Origin: Lingula anatina
Lineage: Eukaryota > Animalia > Brachiopoda
DNA: 64,000 nucleotides
NCBI GenBank assembly: GCA_051362555.1
Contig: CM120648.1
Span: 6,010,587-6,074,586, forward strand
Reading direction: 5' to 3'
The position numbers and the translations under genes are program-made. Each line of letters begins with the position of its first letter. Within the stretch, counting starts at the first letter, position 1. Below, piece by piece: positions 38,501-53,500 of this stretch. Under the pieces are notes generated by a model, which saw nothing but the letters and a program-made list of their open reading frames with translations, did no database searches and was not told the origin of the DNA.

Positions 38501-41500
38501 CTTAAGGCAAGAAAAAGTAGAAGTTGAATATATTTTTATTCTTTTCTAAGGAAAACACTTAAAATATTTGTCTTAAATACTACTGTTTGCATATGATTTT
38601 ATATTTCCAAAAGGCATCAGAAAATGCCCAAAAAAGTGCATCTTTTGATTAATAATCAGTAAAGGCATTCTAAGACACCACTTTTTCTACCATGGTTTTA
38701 ATTAAAACACCATGTATGTTATCCTGCAGAGTTAAAAATGTTATACTTGGAAATTTAACAATAATTTCAAAATTTACTATGAAAGTAAAGTGCAGTTCTG
38801 AATTTATTTAAAAATTGCAGAATACATAATTACTGTAGTGAGTTAAATAGTTGGTTATTGCTGTAAAATTTGCAAACTGTTCTAGTGCTAATTACATACA
38901 ATATTACCTGAGAAAAAAAATATTCACTATAAGTTAAGATATATGCATGCCAGAATTTTATGGAAAACCCGGTTAAAGTCATTAAGATGATACTGGTACA
39001 TAATTTTTTTTAATTAATAGAGAGTTTTAAGAATAGAAGTGGACTATGTATGTATGATTGTTTTAGGATTGTTTTAGGACAATTTTTAGAACCCGTTAAC
39101 TGGTGTAAAATATCTCTATTATAAATGCCTCTATTATCAGGCAAAAATAATTTGAAAATTAGTCTGGATAAATTATCAATATTTGACAAAAAGCAAAATT
39201 AGACAAGCACTCGAAGAATGCAGATCTCTACACGCACATGCAAAAAATAAATAATTTAAAAATTTTAACACACACACACATATGAATAAGAAGTAATTCA
39301 ATATCACTGAAAAATTGGAAGTAAGTAAGGAGATGAACCTGTGTGGTTTTCACTTTGAGATATTAATTATGTGCAAATAAATTAAGGAGTCACTGACCTT
39401 TATTTTCACCACAGGACCCCATTTGTGCTTAAAGAAGTTAATTTTCACTGGAAATTCCTAGAATTTGTCCAGGAAGTCGTGCTAGGAATGACCGCCAAGA
39501 TGATCATTTAAGCCAGTCACTTCAGTCATTTACTGCATTGCACTATGATTGTGCTTTTAAGTGAAGATCATGTTCTAATTCATTTAGTTTTATAGAGATG
39601 TGTTTTATAGTATCTTCCAGATTTGTCTGGAATTTGGATATTTGGAAGTTGTATTTACATCCCTAGATATCCCATATAGCCTTCGGGATTTTAATGACTT
39701 TAAAAAGGTTCACTTTAATCTCTGTTTTTAATTATTTTTGAAATTCAAAAAGGTGATCTCTCTGTATACTTTATGTTCAATGTAATGAAAATGGTGTGGC
39801 CAAAAAGCAGAATATGTTAGTCAATTCAATTTTTTAACCAAAACTTATAAAATGACAAATATTTTAGATATTTCTTTTTTATGTATCCAAGGTAACCGTA
39901 AATGGTATTCAGGTAGTCTTAATGTTGGTAATACTCAAATTATTTTCGATATTGGAAAGAAAAAAAAGTGATTAAAAGTTGTTTTTTTTTTTTTTTTGAA
40001 AATGACTGCTTTTAATTCATTCATAGCATTACCTTCTTATGTGCTATGATATGTCTTTTTGCAATGGCAAATCCCATATAAAATCTTTCTCCTTGATGAA
40101 CCATGATTCTGTGAGCCACTGCAAAATTTTAACTGGTGGCTGTCTGTAAAGATCACCTAGGATCTTGTATTCACAGATATGGGCATCCATTTCATTAAGG
40201 CCATGACCTGATTGGTCCATTCAATCAACAATGCGATTGGCAGAGTTGGGATCATGTGACCACCACAGGGTCAGCTGCCTGACAGCGTTGACAACACCAT
40301 GATTGATGTTTCTGATCGAATTAGCTACAATAAATTGATCCTCGACCAACGATTGCTTTGGGATGAGGCTGAATAGTGGCTATGGACAATAATAAAGAAT
40401 TATAGGGAATAATGGGGTCTCCCTGGCACTTGCACTTGCTTTTACATGCAGATGGCTCCATCAGTGGGAGACATTTATCCATCCATGCTACACTACTTTA
40501 CTGAGTACAAAACCATCACGCTGGCGGCTTATTGCTCGGAACTCTTTGAAAGGTGTGGTCACATGGGCTCCAGAAATTCCAGATTCGTATTGGTTTAGGC
40601 GATCAGGCCGTAAGTGGTTGATACTAGTCTGGTGTGTACCCATTGTGCTACCCAAAGGGGTGAGGTTCAGCCAATTTTGCCTGGTGGTTTGTTTGGGTGG
40701 GGGATCCTGACTATTGAAAATTTATTATGTTGAGTAGGGTCTTGCGTCATCAAGACCGTTTCAGGTACGCTCCATCTGTTCCACATGTATACACAGCCCG
40801 TAGCCGACGCTGTCTGTGCATACGTGTCCTTTGTTCTGTACCTTCATGCATATTTCTCACATAGCGCATTTTTTATTGGTCGCGGGTACGACGTGTGGCG
40901 CTAGTGAAATGATCAAATGATATTAAGTGGTCTGAAGTTTTCTAGTGTGGCGTTGTATAAAAAGGAAAGCCCTATGAAGAGTTTTTGTGGCTTAATATTC
41001 TTAGGAGCGTGTTTTTCTTGAAGGTAGGGCAGTACAGCTTGTGTGTTTATTTTAAGGATATTTGTGGTATTTTTTTCTCTTGGAATGCAATTTTTAAACC
41101 GTCTTTAGTTTTGTTTTGTTTGTTTTCATTTGGCATGCTGTTTTATGTTTTTAATAAATGTGGTAATTTGAGGATTTTTTGTTTGTTGTTTGTGTTGGTT
41201 TTATTATGGATGAAAATGGGTGGGAGGGAGGGGAGTTACTTTATAGGTACTTTAGGGTGTGACTTTTTCCAGGTTTCTTTCTGTTGACTTGCCAAATTTC
41301 TTTCTGATGCATATAATATCTTTTTTTTTTCTTTTTGCGCAATGTTAATGGATCTCTCATGATTTTTCAAAACTTAATTCTGAATTATTTGAAATATGTA
41401 AGATGGTGTTTGATGTTGGTTTCACTAATTATAAAATTTTAAAAAGTTAGCTTCAAGTGTTTTTTTCTGAAACAATTCTGTTTTTTAATAACTATAATAT

Positions 41501-44500
41501 AAAAAGACAATTACATTATTATTATTATTATATTTTTTCCTTTTCTTCAATAATTCTATTTTTGTTATGGTGTTGTGTTTTATGAAATAATAGCAATATT
41601 TTGCATGTAAATTTTTATTGTTACATAACCTGGCATTATATAAAATTATGATGATTAAGGTTATATCATTACAACAGTAACCTCTCTGGTCGTTAAAGTC
41701 TGCTTAAAACCTTTATTATTTTTTTTTTCTGAACGACAGTTATTGACAATTACTTCATCAAAATCCAAAACAATATTATTGTTTAAAGAATTTAACAGAG
41801 AGATAACAGCAATAATTTATAGAAATAGACTTTTTTACAGAAAAATAATAATTCTAACTGGACACTATTGTCACAGTTGTACTCAAGCAACACAGCGTCA
41901 GTTTCATAACAAACGTAAAAATGTCAAAAATAAAAATTCCAAGCTCAGTCAGGCAGTGAATTATGAAAAATCTGGTTGGTATTTCCTGGAGGTTATTGCA
42001 GGGCAGGGTGAACGCGTTCAAAACCATAAATATCTTGCTGAGCACGGTGGCTGCCAATTTTGGTAAATTAGACGAGTTTAATGGTGTGTTTATTTATTTT
42101 TAAAAAGAAAATACAAGCTTTAGAGAGATGTGAGTGGAGGTTTTAATTGTCATCTGAGGCTGTTTGTCTACTTTAATTGAAAAATTAACTTTCTTTTATA
42201 AAATGGCATGGCTATGAAACCTGTTCTTACTTTGTGTTGTAATAAGCCTAGCAAGTTAATTTTTTCATAACTTGTAATGCCTAGTTTTTAATGATACGAA
42301 TATTTTTTAAAAATATTTTTTGGAGATACATGAGTTTGTTAAACAATATGGAAATATATTCAGAAATAATTTGATAGGAATAAAAAATAAAATTAAATAA
42401 TCTAGAACAATGTATTTTTAACATTTTTAAGAATTATGGACAATTTAAGTTTTTAAAAAAGATTTTTCCCTGATAATATTGGGGGTAAAACAATATGATA
42501 GCTAATTATTTTTTCTTAGATGACATTGTTTTCTTGAAAAAAGGGTGTATGTCTCAAGGAAACCATATAAATGCATATAAAAGCATGTACTAAAGGAGAT
42601 TTAAGGTTGAGAATTTTTCAGATTGATTTGTGATAGGTGCTTAAAAGTTTATTGATGCATTTTTTTTTCAAAAATTTCCCAGAAATAGTGCATGTAAAAT
42701 GAAACATTGGAGAATCTTGCTTAAGATCAATTAAAAGTCCAGAACTGTGGATAATTACATTAATAATAATAATCTTTATTGAGCACTAAAATGCATACAC
42801 ATTACATTTTACAGGCTCTCTACACTAGTCATAACAATTTAACAACAATTATACAAATCTATACAAATACTTATGGGACGATTACTGTGAAGCAGCACAG
42901 AATAAAACTACTATTGCTATTGATGGGTGTGTCGTTTTTTCAAACTTTCAGTTATATAAAGATATAATGTTCTCAAACACGATTCACTTTTTGGACAGAG
43001 CAGCCACTGAATTTTTTCATGATCTGTTTTCTGCTCAGGAGGTATCATTATGTGTGTGGTACATTATATGTATTAGGTATCATAATATATGTGATTATAT
43101 TAATTTGTATCCAATATTGATTTAAATTTTCTGCATATTTATTTTAAGTAAATTTAAAGATTGGTTACGAATGACTACTGAAAACCATAGCTACGTATGT
43201 TACTAACTTATAAGTTTAGTACATGTAGAAGATAACTTCATATTGAAATACTGTTAAAAAAATATAATTTGCAAAGAAAATGTTAAATAGATTTTTATGC
43301 TAAGAAGATAATCTCAACAGCAACATTTTATTTTACATTAAACAATGACCATAAAATTTACTGCACATTATAGCAAAAGGTTCTAATAATGCCAGTGAAA
43401 CAAAACACCTTAAAAGTATTATCCCCTTTCTTTGGCTGCATAGAATAGAGATAAAAATGTACTTGTAACTTTTTTTTAGTGGGAACTTAAATATGCTAAG
43501 TGAAGGTGACAGTGATAATGTAAGCATAGGGTATGATAACCAAAGTTGATTAAAAATCTACTTTAGATTTTACATATTAGTGATCTTCTATAAATTTAAC
43601 CTGGCAATAACATAAAACCAGGCCCAGGTGGTTAGTTCTTTGCCACGATAACCATACCTTTTAATTTCTGCCAACACCCATGGTGTGCGTTTTTTCGATA
43701 TTACGCAATATTTACAGCAAATAGTGCCCTTAGTGCAATCCAAGAGTTGTTCATCGCTGTGTGTAATCATCACTTCAATGATCTATCTGTTTATCACAAT
43801 AAAAACTTTTTATTGCAACCATTAAAACCTGCCACCACATCCCACCGTTTTCATCCATGTGTTCCTTTCAAAGTGTCTTGTGCCTGGTGAAATAGACAAT
43901 TTTGTGGGTTTAGGTTTGGGAGTTCAATGAGTGCGAACCACTTCATTCAGTGACCCCGTGACTACAACGCACCAGTGATAACACCCTCTTCTACAAGCTT
44001 AGAGCAGTAACTTCTTTAACTAGATGTCTGTTTAACTATGGGGTTTATATAATTCTTTTTTATGTGTGTGAGGAAAGACTTTTATGTGATTTTAATATGA
44101 TTTGATTGAATTATTTTTATTGGAAGAATATGTAGTTTTTTTTTTTTCCTGAATAATTTTGAAATATTTGTTATATTATAACGGATTTCAAGATGATTGA
44201 GTATAGTACATGTATGTTTCAATAATTTTTCCGTGATGTAAAAATATTTTGAAATTCTCTCTCCCTCTTTCTTTCTTTTCTGAAATAGAAATAATGAATT
44301 GAAGAAGGCAGTCCAAATGTATTAAACAGTTGAACACCACATTTTTTGCCTGAAAACTTTGTACAAGGCAGTATCACAACATAAAAGTATTTTGTCTTTA
44401 CAGCCCCCAGCTTGTGCATACTATATATTAATTTTTTCAATTTGGTACTCCTTAATCTTTGACACACCATAGTAGGTGTAGAGAATTTTCTCCCAAGTCG

Positions 44501-44529
44501 CTGAGACTGTTGTCAATATAAACCAGGAT

Positions 44530-47430
44530 TCATGCAGAGATTTATAGAAAGTAGATCAGGTAGATCATCCAGGTAATTGATCCGTGTCACATGTCAGGGT
44601 GGCTAAGTGCTCAGCGCTGAGTTACGTCTTGGTTACTAAGATATACGCGGCTTGAAATGTCTTGTGTATCGTTTTAAGAAAAGGTTTGTAATTTTATGTA
44701 ATAGCAATGTTGCTAATTAAGACTTACTGGTACACGGTTTGAAAAGTCTTGTATTTTTTTTTTTGTTTTTAAAGAAATGATTACTTATTTTATACGTAAT
44801 TAGAAATGCCTGTGGAATGTTATCCTGAAAATCTGTTTGAAGAAATAGGGAGTTATCAATCTCTGGGATCTTCTTCTTTAAAACTAATATGTTTGATTAT
44901 CATCTGATTTACACTCAGGGTCTTAAATTCTTGTACTGCACAATCTCATATATCCATAATCAGCTGTTTTAACCACGGGGGAGTGAAAGGGGAGGGGGAC
45001 AGGAGACTTGTTGCCAAGACTAATGTAGATGGCAGCATAGTAGTGACAAGCATGGTCATCTTCAAGCCATGTCAAGTTTCGTGTGTTGGTGTAGGCTCTA
45101 TCTGAGACCAGGCCTGTAATCGGCAGGGGGGGGGGGGGGGGTTGAATGAACTGCCCTTTTTTAGCTGGGAAAGAGTTATGCACTTTTAAAAAATTGATCT
45201 AGGCACAGGGTAAAAGGGTAAAAGGTTCACTTTTTCAGAAAAAAGACACTCCCTTTGAAGTTGCTGGCTATTTGCCCGTTCACTCAGCATCTGCCCCCCT
45301 CCCCCCCTTCATCTTGCTGTGTCTTTATTTGGTAGAGTAGAATTTTTAATACAGCTAGTATTTGAAGATCAGGAACTGCCAACTTAAAATGAGTACTAAA
45401 AATTGTCTGAGAGAGCATAAAATAAAGCTGACATCAATGCACGATGTCATGTGAGACTAGTCATTATGAGTTGGGGGTACTTTTTCAGTGAGAAGAGTAA
45501 CATGACAGGGTGAATTTGTACATTTGTGCAATAGACTGTAATTTGACAGACATTTGACAGAAAAAACCACCACTGAAAATATCCGTGGGTAAATTCTGTC
45601 ACGTTTTATTGCTTACTACAATGTACTCACTAGTCTGCCGTTATTTCTGACCCTGCTCTCCTCGAAATCCTGCGAAATGTTGCTTGATTTAATGCTACAT
45701 CACAAGACTTTGAGCTATCTTGGGTGCGTAAGTCCCATTGTCAGTGTAAAATTTAGAGAGTCAACATAATTCTGCTGTATTAACAGTGATTTTTACTGTT
45801 TTTTTAATGAAAGAATAACAAGATAAAGAGGTATTCTGGAAGGTAGTCACAGTCAGGTAGTTAAAGCATCGTGAAGGGTTAGGGTTGTCAAGTGCTGAAC
45901 ACCGAGATACTGCACAGGAATCTGTATTGGTTCAGTACTAAAAGTCTGTTGACAAGAACGAAAGAAGCTTCTTGTGATTTCATCAGAATGCGCCTTGGTT
46001 TAGAAGAACATTTATTTAATCTGTATCTTAAAATGCTTGATTTTAATTAATAATTTTGTTATTTTTGACAGACATATTGATATTGATGTACAAATAAATC
46101 ATATACTCTTTTGAAAAATAACATAAAACAAGTAACTTCTAGGAGGAGAAAACTTTTCAGATTTTATTTTAAAAAGTGTGGACTTAGTAATTAGCAGGAG
46201 AGTATTTATGGTTAAAAAGATTAAAGCACAGTGCGATTTATGGAGGGAAATACATCTGGTTGATTACAGAGTGTCAAAGGTTTGGGTCGTTAAGTGCTCG
46301 GCGCTGAGTTGTGTCTGGCTTGTATCTTGTCAAGGCGGAGTTGTATTAATTGGATGCATCTTGCATTTTTTTTAATTCTTGGAATTTTCTGTGTATTTGT
46401 AAGATCTTTAGATAGTGTGTATAATTTAAAGATGCCTCAAACAGGTTGTGGATGTCTGACGTAGTAGGTGTTGTGCAATTTCATTCATTTGGAAGAAAGG
46501 GGGGTAAAAAATCATCCCCATAGTTTATAGCTAGGTAGTGGTTTTAAGAGGAAGTCTATTAGGTTGAGATAACTTATAGCACAGAGAGATTTATTTAAGG
46601 AACCAGCTGGTAATTGAAGCATGGCAAAGGTTAGGGTGGTTGAGTGCTTAGTGCTGGGTTAACGTGGGCTTGCTCACTATGAATGGGTAGGTACTAGTAC
46701 TGGAGGCCCTGTTTCGTAATAACTTGCTTCTTTATGATGATTTTAAGGATTTCAAAGAAATTGCAATAATTTTGAGATGTAATTGTGAAGTAAATCATGT
46801 TTGGTGATAACAGATTTCTTTATAAAAGTTGTTTTGTATTTATTTATAAATAAGTAAATTACACACACACACACACCATATAATCAAAACTATACAAATA
46901 TTGAATTTGACTTTTTAAAAACTTCAAAATATTAAGAAAAGTAAATTTCAGTGATCTGGATAAAATACCTGCTTTTACAAACACGTTTAAGAAGCTGACA
47001 TTTATGATGCTTTTATTTAAATATATTGATTGCATTTATTTTAAAGAAAATTGAAAATAGTAATGCGTAAACAAAATTTTATTAAAATTTATTCATAGAT
47101 GGTGATGATGTAAGGAGGTATGTATGCATAGTTGACAAGAAGAAAGCATGTGGAGCTAAGACCTTCACCATTTCTAATCATTAAAAAATTGATTAATAAA
47201 GTAACTAATGGATGGAATAATTAATGGATCATGGAGATAATCCTATTTGAGTTAACCAAATCTTGATCTTTCTTAAATTTTTTCAAAAACTTTGTGAAAT
47301 ATAACATGCTTAGTGGAAGTAAAAAAACAAAGGAGTTACTTATTACAGCTATTATCTCAACAGATTTAGGCGATTGGTTCGTGTCAGAGGTCAGGGTCGG
47401 GGAGTACTCTGCGCTGAGATGTAGATTGTT
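44530..47430 (+). repeat. Five dispersed, same-orientation copies of a ~60-100-bp motif
   Basis: Core approximating GGTRATTG...GTGTCA.AGGTYAGGGT.GYTAAGTGCTCAGCGCTGAG at ~44570, 45855, 46258, 46608 and 47368. Confidence 0.75.
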
Positions 47431-48279
47431 TATGGAGTTTGGTTGACTTGAGAGCTCAAACATTAAATATTTCAAGTCAAGAAGGTTGTTATTATAGAAT
47501 CGTTTATTGAAAAAACTTGATTGTAAATGTGTGCAACTTTTGATTCAAAATAAGTTACTTTACAAGCTTCAGATGAGTGATTCAAAATTAAACTGATTTT
47601 TTGAAATACTAAAGAATTACAGTAACTTGATTATAGATTAACTTTGAGAGCCCTAAAAAAACACAAGTGGTATTATGGGGTTTGAGGCAGTATGCATGCT
47701 GTATCTTGCAGTATCCCGTCTTAATATAGAAAGTATTTGTATATCTATCTCTCCTTTTCTCCATCATGATCTCTGATTTAAGGAAATTATAAATAGAAAA
47801 CTATAAACGAACAATGTGAAACTAGGGATAGAAAATGATACACAAAGATAGTCATCTTTTTCAAAGTTTTCAGAAGCCTGGAGAAATTTAGAGAAGAAAC
47901 AAATTTGTTGACTTTTCTGCACCTGTTCAAAATTTCAGAATTATTTTCCAAAGCTTAAGGACATTTTGTAAAGCAACATAATGGTCAATGTTTTTTTTTT
48001 TTTTTTTTTTTTGATGCAGACTCATTTTTTAAATTGGAAGTCCAATATTTTTTCTAGATAGTCTTCTGCCTTAAATGGCCCCAGACACACTTTTTTCTTA
48101 CAAACCAGAATCGTATCTGAAAATTAAAATTCTCTTTTACACCAGACTGTGATTGCAAAAAATAATAATAAATAAAAACCTACCGTCTCATCTAATGCAT
48201 TCAGATGCCATGTCTACCTATACCACTGCAACATTGCATCAGACAAGAGAAGGAAAAAAGTCAGTGAATAAAGTGTTGA

Positions 48280-48530
48280 AAACTATTAACTGATGTCGAG
48301 ATGAACTGATTGTACATTTGATTAAATAAATGAGTGTATGGACAAATGTCACTGAATGAAGGAAGAAAGATAGAGGAAATATATGGATGACTGAATGAAT
48401 GATAGATCAGACTGATGGAATGAATGGATGGATGAATGGATAGAAAATAGGCAAGAATGAATATATGAATGGGTGTGTATATGAATGAATGAAAGAGGGA
48501 AGAAGGAAAGAAAAGTAAGAATGGGTGAAT
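48280..48530. repeat. Degenerate (ATGA/ATGG)n simple repeat
   Basis: Recurrent gaat/ggat tetramers. Confidence 0.7.
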
Positions 48531-48868
48531 AAATTTTACACACACACAAAAATTGGTGTGTGTTTGATTGGATTAAAAAAAATTAGAAAAAAGAGATGAT
48601 TAACTTCACTTGTCAGGGGAGGAAGACTCTGCAACTTCACAATATGCTGGAGAGTATTCTTGCCTGTTAATCTCCCTGTCTGGATTGGATTTAGTTGGTA
48701 GATATGTCTTAATGGTCAAGAAAAGGAAAGGGCTGCTGGTCCAGTGGGGTCAGTTGGGGTCAGTCCAAGCACTTAACTACCTCAGCTGAAATGACCTTTA
48801 GATAAGCTTGCTTTGATGAGATGGTCAAAGACCAGGTAAGCTGTCTGGACCTTGTTTACCCCCTAATC

Positions 48869-48869
<1 letters not shown>

Positions 48870-48911
<42 letters not shown>
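48870..48911. repeat. Poly-C tract (~42 nt)
   Basis: Seen directly. Confidence 0.95.
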
Positions 48912-48912
<1 letters not shown>

Positions 48913-50372
48913 TTTGCTATAATCAAAATATCCCTGTTTGCTCCTTAATTCTGATTTCTAAATAATTACACTAATTAGAATAAAGAAGGACTGCAGTAGT
49001 GGTTCACAGTGACGTGCAGCTGTCCTTCTGAAAGTGTTTTGTGTACTGGTGCAAATAAGGTTACACAAACTCTTTGCAAGCTGTTTGTGAAAAAAAATTG
49101 TATAAAGACAGGAAAAATCCACTTGAAAAGCTGAGCAGATTATAGCCTCTGAACCAGAGATATTATTAATATTTTTAATATATATAATTTCATTGCTTAT
49201 TATGCCTTTGGTGTAACCCCTTCCTGAAGAATATTTAGTTGAGAGATATATATATATATATAGAGAGAGAGGGGGGGGGGGAATAAAAAACCCTCTCAAG
49301 ATCATAAGACTGGTCACAGTTTGATGCCCAGAACCAGAACTCTGAGAACGGCTGGCAGCGTTTGCAGCCAGAGCATTGATCCTTGCAGCTTTCTTTGGCA
49401 ATTTTTCATTAACGCCTTCAAAGATGGAGTCACGCTTGTATTAACTTGATGAAGGGTCTTGTTTGGAAATGTCATGCTTGATTCCATAGAAGGCTTTGAG
49501 TGTAATTTCCAATGGTTTCTCGTGAGAGGGGAGAAGGCAGATACAGGCAGGCCTTGGCTTTTCATTATTGGATTTTTCTTGACAGATTTGGCGTATGTTG
49601 ACAGATTGTCATTTTAGTTATCAGAAAATAGGACTTCTTAACCCACTGATGCAAGGATTAGAAAAGTGTGCTCTCTTTAGAAATTGTATCTGGACAAATA
49701 TCCAGATATAAAATATATGAAAGAACTAGACGAAAGGAATTAATGTTTAAAGTATAAAAGAGAAATTGATTCAAGATAATAAATGGATGAACAGATATAC
49801 ACTCTCAGTTTCTGTAATGACAGACGTCTGCATGTTGAACTTGATGCATTAATACACAATTCTGAAGGTTTATTTTATAAAAGTCTCTTTTATGTTGTTG
49901 TTGTTATTATTATTATTATTATTATTATTTTTTATTATTGATAACAAAAATGACAGAAAATTGCTGACATCTACCAACAATGAAAAGTCAACACTTGTAC
50001 ATGCTTTCCCTCTCTTTTTTCTTGTCATTAAAATCTTTGTATTTTCTCAAAACCTGTTACGCAGTACACTGGCATCTGTGTCCACCTATTTTTTTTCCAC
50101 ACTATGTATTAATTGTCTAATGATGGTAGGATTCAGTGATTTGATGGTGGATAAATTACATCTGATTTTGGAAATACAGCACTACATGATATGTTTTCGG
50201 AATCACATCAGTTTTTTTTTCTTTTCTGATATAAAATAGAAGGTTTTTTTTATTGATTTATGAATGAAAGATGCACAGTAAAAGATTTTCCTTACAAAAA
50301 AACTCATACTTTAGACATCTACCAGAGGTAAATGGTATTTTCTCTGACTAGCCAACCTTTGTCCATCCTTTC

Positions 50373-50518
50373 CTGACACTTGCCATCCGTAACAATTTGG
50401 GGAAATTTAAAAAAAAGTAAATCCTTAACCTACATTGTTCATCCTATCCTGACACTTGTCATTCTTAACAATTTGGGAAAATTCATGAAAAAAAAAATGA
50501 AAATCCTTAACCCACATT
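50373..50518. repeat. Local tandem duplication, ~76-bp period
   Basis: cctgacacttg.cat...taacaatttggg.aaatt...aaatccttaacc.acatt occurs twice. Confidence 0.8.
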
Positions 50519-53500
50519 TAAGCAATGTTTTTTTTTTCTTTTTTCAAATTCTGCCATCCTTTAGAGTTCAAAGCTCAAACTAACTTGCAGATTGCGCACC
50601 ATGCAAAACTTTGTCATCAGGAGGATATAAATTTAGATGAATGTCTGGAAGATTAATTCATAGAATTAATCTAGCTATTAAAATTTGATTAAAAAGTATT
50701 ACTTGTCTTCCGATATGTTGAACAAGAAGTGTTTTTTTGTGTGATTAAAATCTCATACTGTCAGTGAAGATAGGCATTAAGTCAACTGTTTGTAGCCCAC
50801 TCAGTGCCTGGCTAATATAAAAAAAAAAAAATTTGATTTTTATTTTTGAAACTGCTACACATACATGTACATAGTAACAACCACGGGTCTAAAAAATTAA
50901 TTTCTGAGTTTCCAAAAGTATACCACTTGCCACTGTAATTGAGCTCAAACTCATGTCTTTACAAGGCAGGACTTAAGATATCAAAAAGTGAGAAGTCTAG
51001 GATAAAAGAAAAAAAATTGAAGTAGAAAAAAATCAACTAATTTTGATAAATCATCAGGTATTTTCACCGAATGTTGGTGCCTAGATCATGAGGGTGGTTC
51101 CCATGGCAACAATGCCTCTGTGGTCTCTTTTTCACCCAGGAGCAGAGGCTGGCGTGCCAATGACTCGAGACAAATGTGCATCGTGCTCTCTCATGCACAC
51201 GAGATACCCACATCCAAACACAGGCTTGACTGAATGCGATGGTTAACATTTCGCACAGAAGCCCAACGCATCTTCCTGCCTCATTAATTAACTGCCCCTT
51301 GAAAAAAAAAGGTCTGATTGTAATCAACTTTTAGGATATCCATACATCCGAGATCCTACCTTTTATCACTGTGCCCTAGAACATGTATTTCACACTTTGT
51401 GTTACAGTATTCACACTGCAAATCCCACCGAGTTGTATATTGGCCAGGAAAATGTACATTTATACACATGAATCTGTATATTGGACCCAGTGGTTTAATT
51501 TGTACATAGTGCCCCAAAATACTTTGTGCCCATGGCATGGATTCCACAAATTACTTCTTAGTATATTTGTTGATTATTTCTAATTTCAAGATATAACATC
51601 TCTTCATATGAGGTTCAAAATTCCACAATAAATGCATTGTAAACCACACATAGAAATATAATTTCTCTTTTACCACCAAAACAGCTGTTATTGCAATTAT
51701 TCTAAAGTCTGTGCTGTTTGCCATCAGATCATTTGGTTTTTCATGGATGGCTATATGATTAAGAGATTATTACAAAAATCACAATTAGAAAAAAAAAACA
51801 ATAGAAGGCTTACTTTGAATGTCGGAACGGATTCATTAACCATTAGAAAGTAAGAGAAAATTGTTGTTCACCCTGGTAAACTCTGTTGAGGAGTTGTCAT
51901 CCCTTTAATATAGTGGCCCTAAAAATGGATAGTTAAATTTGTCCAGGGAGGGCTGTGGAGCAACTGTTATCTGGTTATGGGGTATTACCCAGCAATAGAA
52001 CTTTATGCCAAAATTAACGTCTGATTTCATCCAGTGTTACAGTTGTCTTGTTAATGTCTGACGTCCCCCCTGTATTAGAGTTAAAGGTTTATTGCCCAGT
52101 AACACATCAGGCTTTTGATTTTAGTGATTATTATTTTTTTTTTTGTGGTTTTTATTTTGTACATGTGCCTCTTAGTGAGATCTAATTTGTTTTTGTTGGA
52201 AAGAGTTCTTGGTTTTGAAACGGCTTGAATACTACCTGGTACATGCGTGCTGTTCAAGTTGTTTACCAAAGGTGTGAATGAGAAAAATTACTGGTGAACA
52301 AGAAATTCATAGGAGATGTTTCTGTTTACGTGCAATTTGCTAGGAAAGGTAGCAAAAGATGAGAAGCCCTCCCCTCCACCCCCCCCCCCAAAAAAAATAA
52401 TAAAGTGAGAAAGAGGGAGGGAGGGAGAGCAGTGTATGAATCCATAGTAAAAAAAAAATTACCCACCACAAAGATAAAAATTGAATCTTGTTGATCAGTA
52501 CAGTACAAAAAATAATGAAAGAAAAAGAAAATGAGAGAGATAGGAGAGAGAGAAGGAAATATGGTATAGTGTGTATCCATATAGTCTAAAAAATGAAAAC
52601 AAAAAAGCGATAAAAATGTTAAGAGAGAGAGAGAGAAATAGTAGGTTGAATCCTGTGGGTCATTTTTACACCTGTTTTTATTTACACTTTGTTAATGGCG
52701 CTACCTGATAACGGAGTCTTGGGGGAAAAATTTCCTCAGTCGTTCGAGTTAGGATGTGGAGCAGGCGCAATTTAGAAAAAGACACTGACCGAGAAATTCT
52801 TTGCACAGACGCAGTTAATCACAGAAATTATTCATCTGTTAAAATATGCGTCCATGTAAAATAACTCCCACCCCCAAAAGAGCCCCATTTTTCCCACCCT
52901 CACCCCTTTTCTGGCCTCAAATCATAGATCAAGTTTTACATGACACATTCCCTGTTATCATGTGTGACCATTTTATATTGTGTCAAAGTATCCCTCTAAT
53001 CCCTAGCACCTTTAATCAGCCCTAGGTTTTGTCCTGAATTTTGTGTGAGATAACAGCACATGGAAATCAATGGGTCGTGCAGTGAAGGTCTGCAAAGGCC
53101 ACGGATGAGGTTTTTTCTGATATTGTTGTTGTGAAATGAAAACCAGGAAACGGTGGGTGTCATGGTGATGTCATGCATGGAATTGAGGGACATTGTGTAT
53201 TTTTTTAATCTCAGGGAGCACTGTTAGTGCCCACTGTTGTCACTGGTAAGTCTGGATTGTTTTATCAGAAAGTACTCAGTGTTGATTATATTCTCTTTGT
53301 GTTAGAAGGCTTTTTAATATTGAATTACAGATTGTAGCAGTGGAGCTGAACTTGGTTAGAGTTCATTCATGCATAAAGATATTTATACAAACCTAGAGAT
53401 GTTATGTGACTGTGGTGATATATATACTATATTCAGGTAAGGGGTTGTTTTCAGTGAAATGCAAGTACTTTTTTTCAGTATGTATGTCAAATAATTTACT

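Noticed and set aside
40452-40598. 48-codon ORF MAPSVGDIYPSMLHYF after an acceptor-like site
   Set aside because: No recognisable motif or partner exons, so it is not supportable as coding.
44570-47430. Known miRNA family cluster (AAGUGCU seed-like text)
   Set aside because: By eye the copies form only weak, interrupted stems and match no mature miRNA I recognise; kept only as an untested option in the findings.
48600-48630. U1 snRNA-like start (acttcacttgtcaggggagg)
   Set aside because: Only a short loose match; the downstream U1 stems and Sm site are absent.
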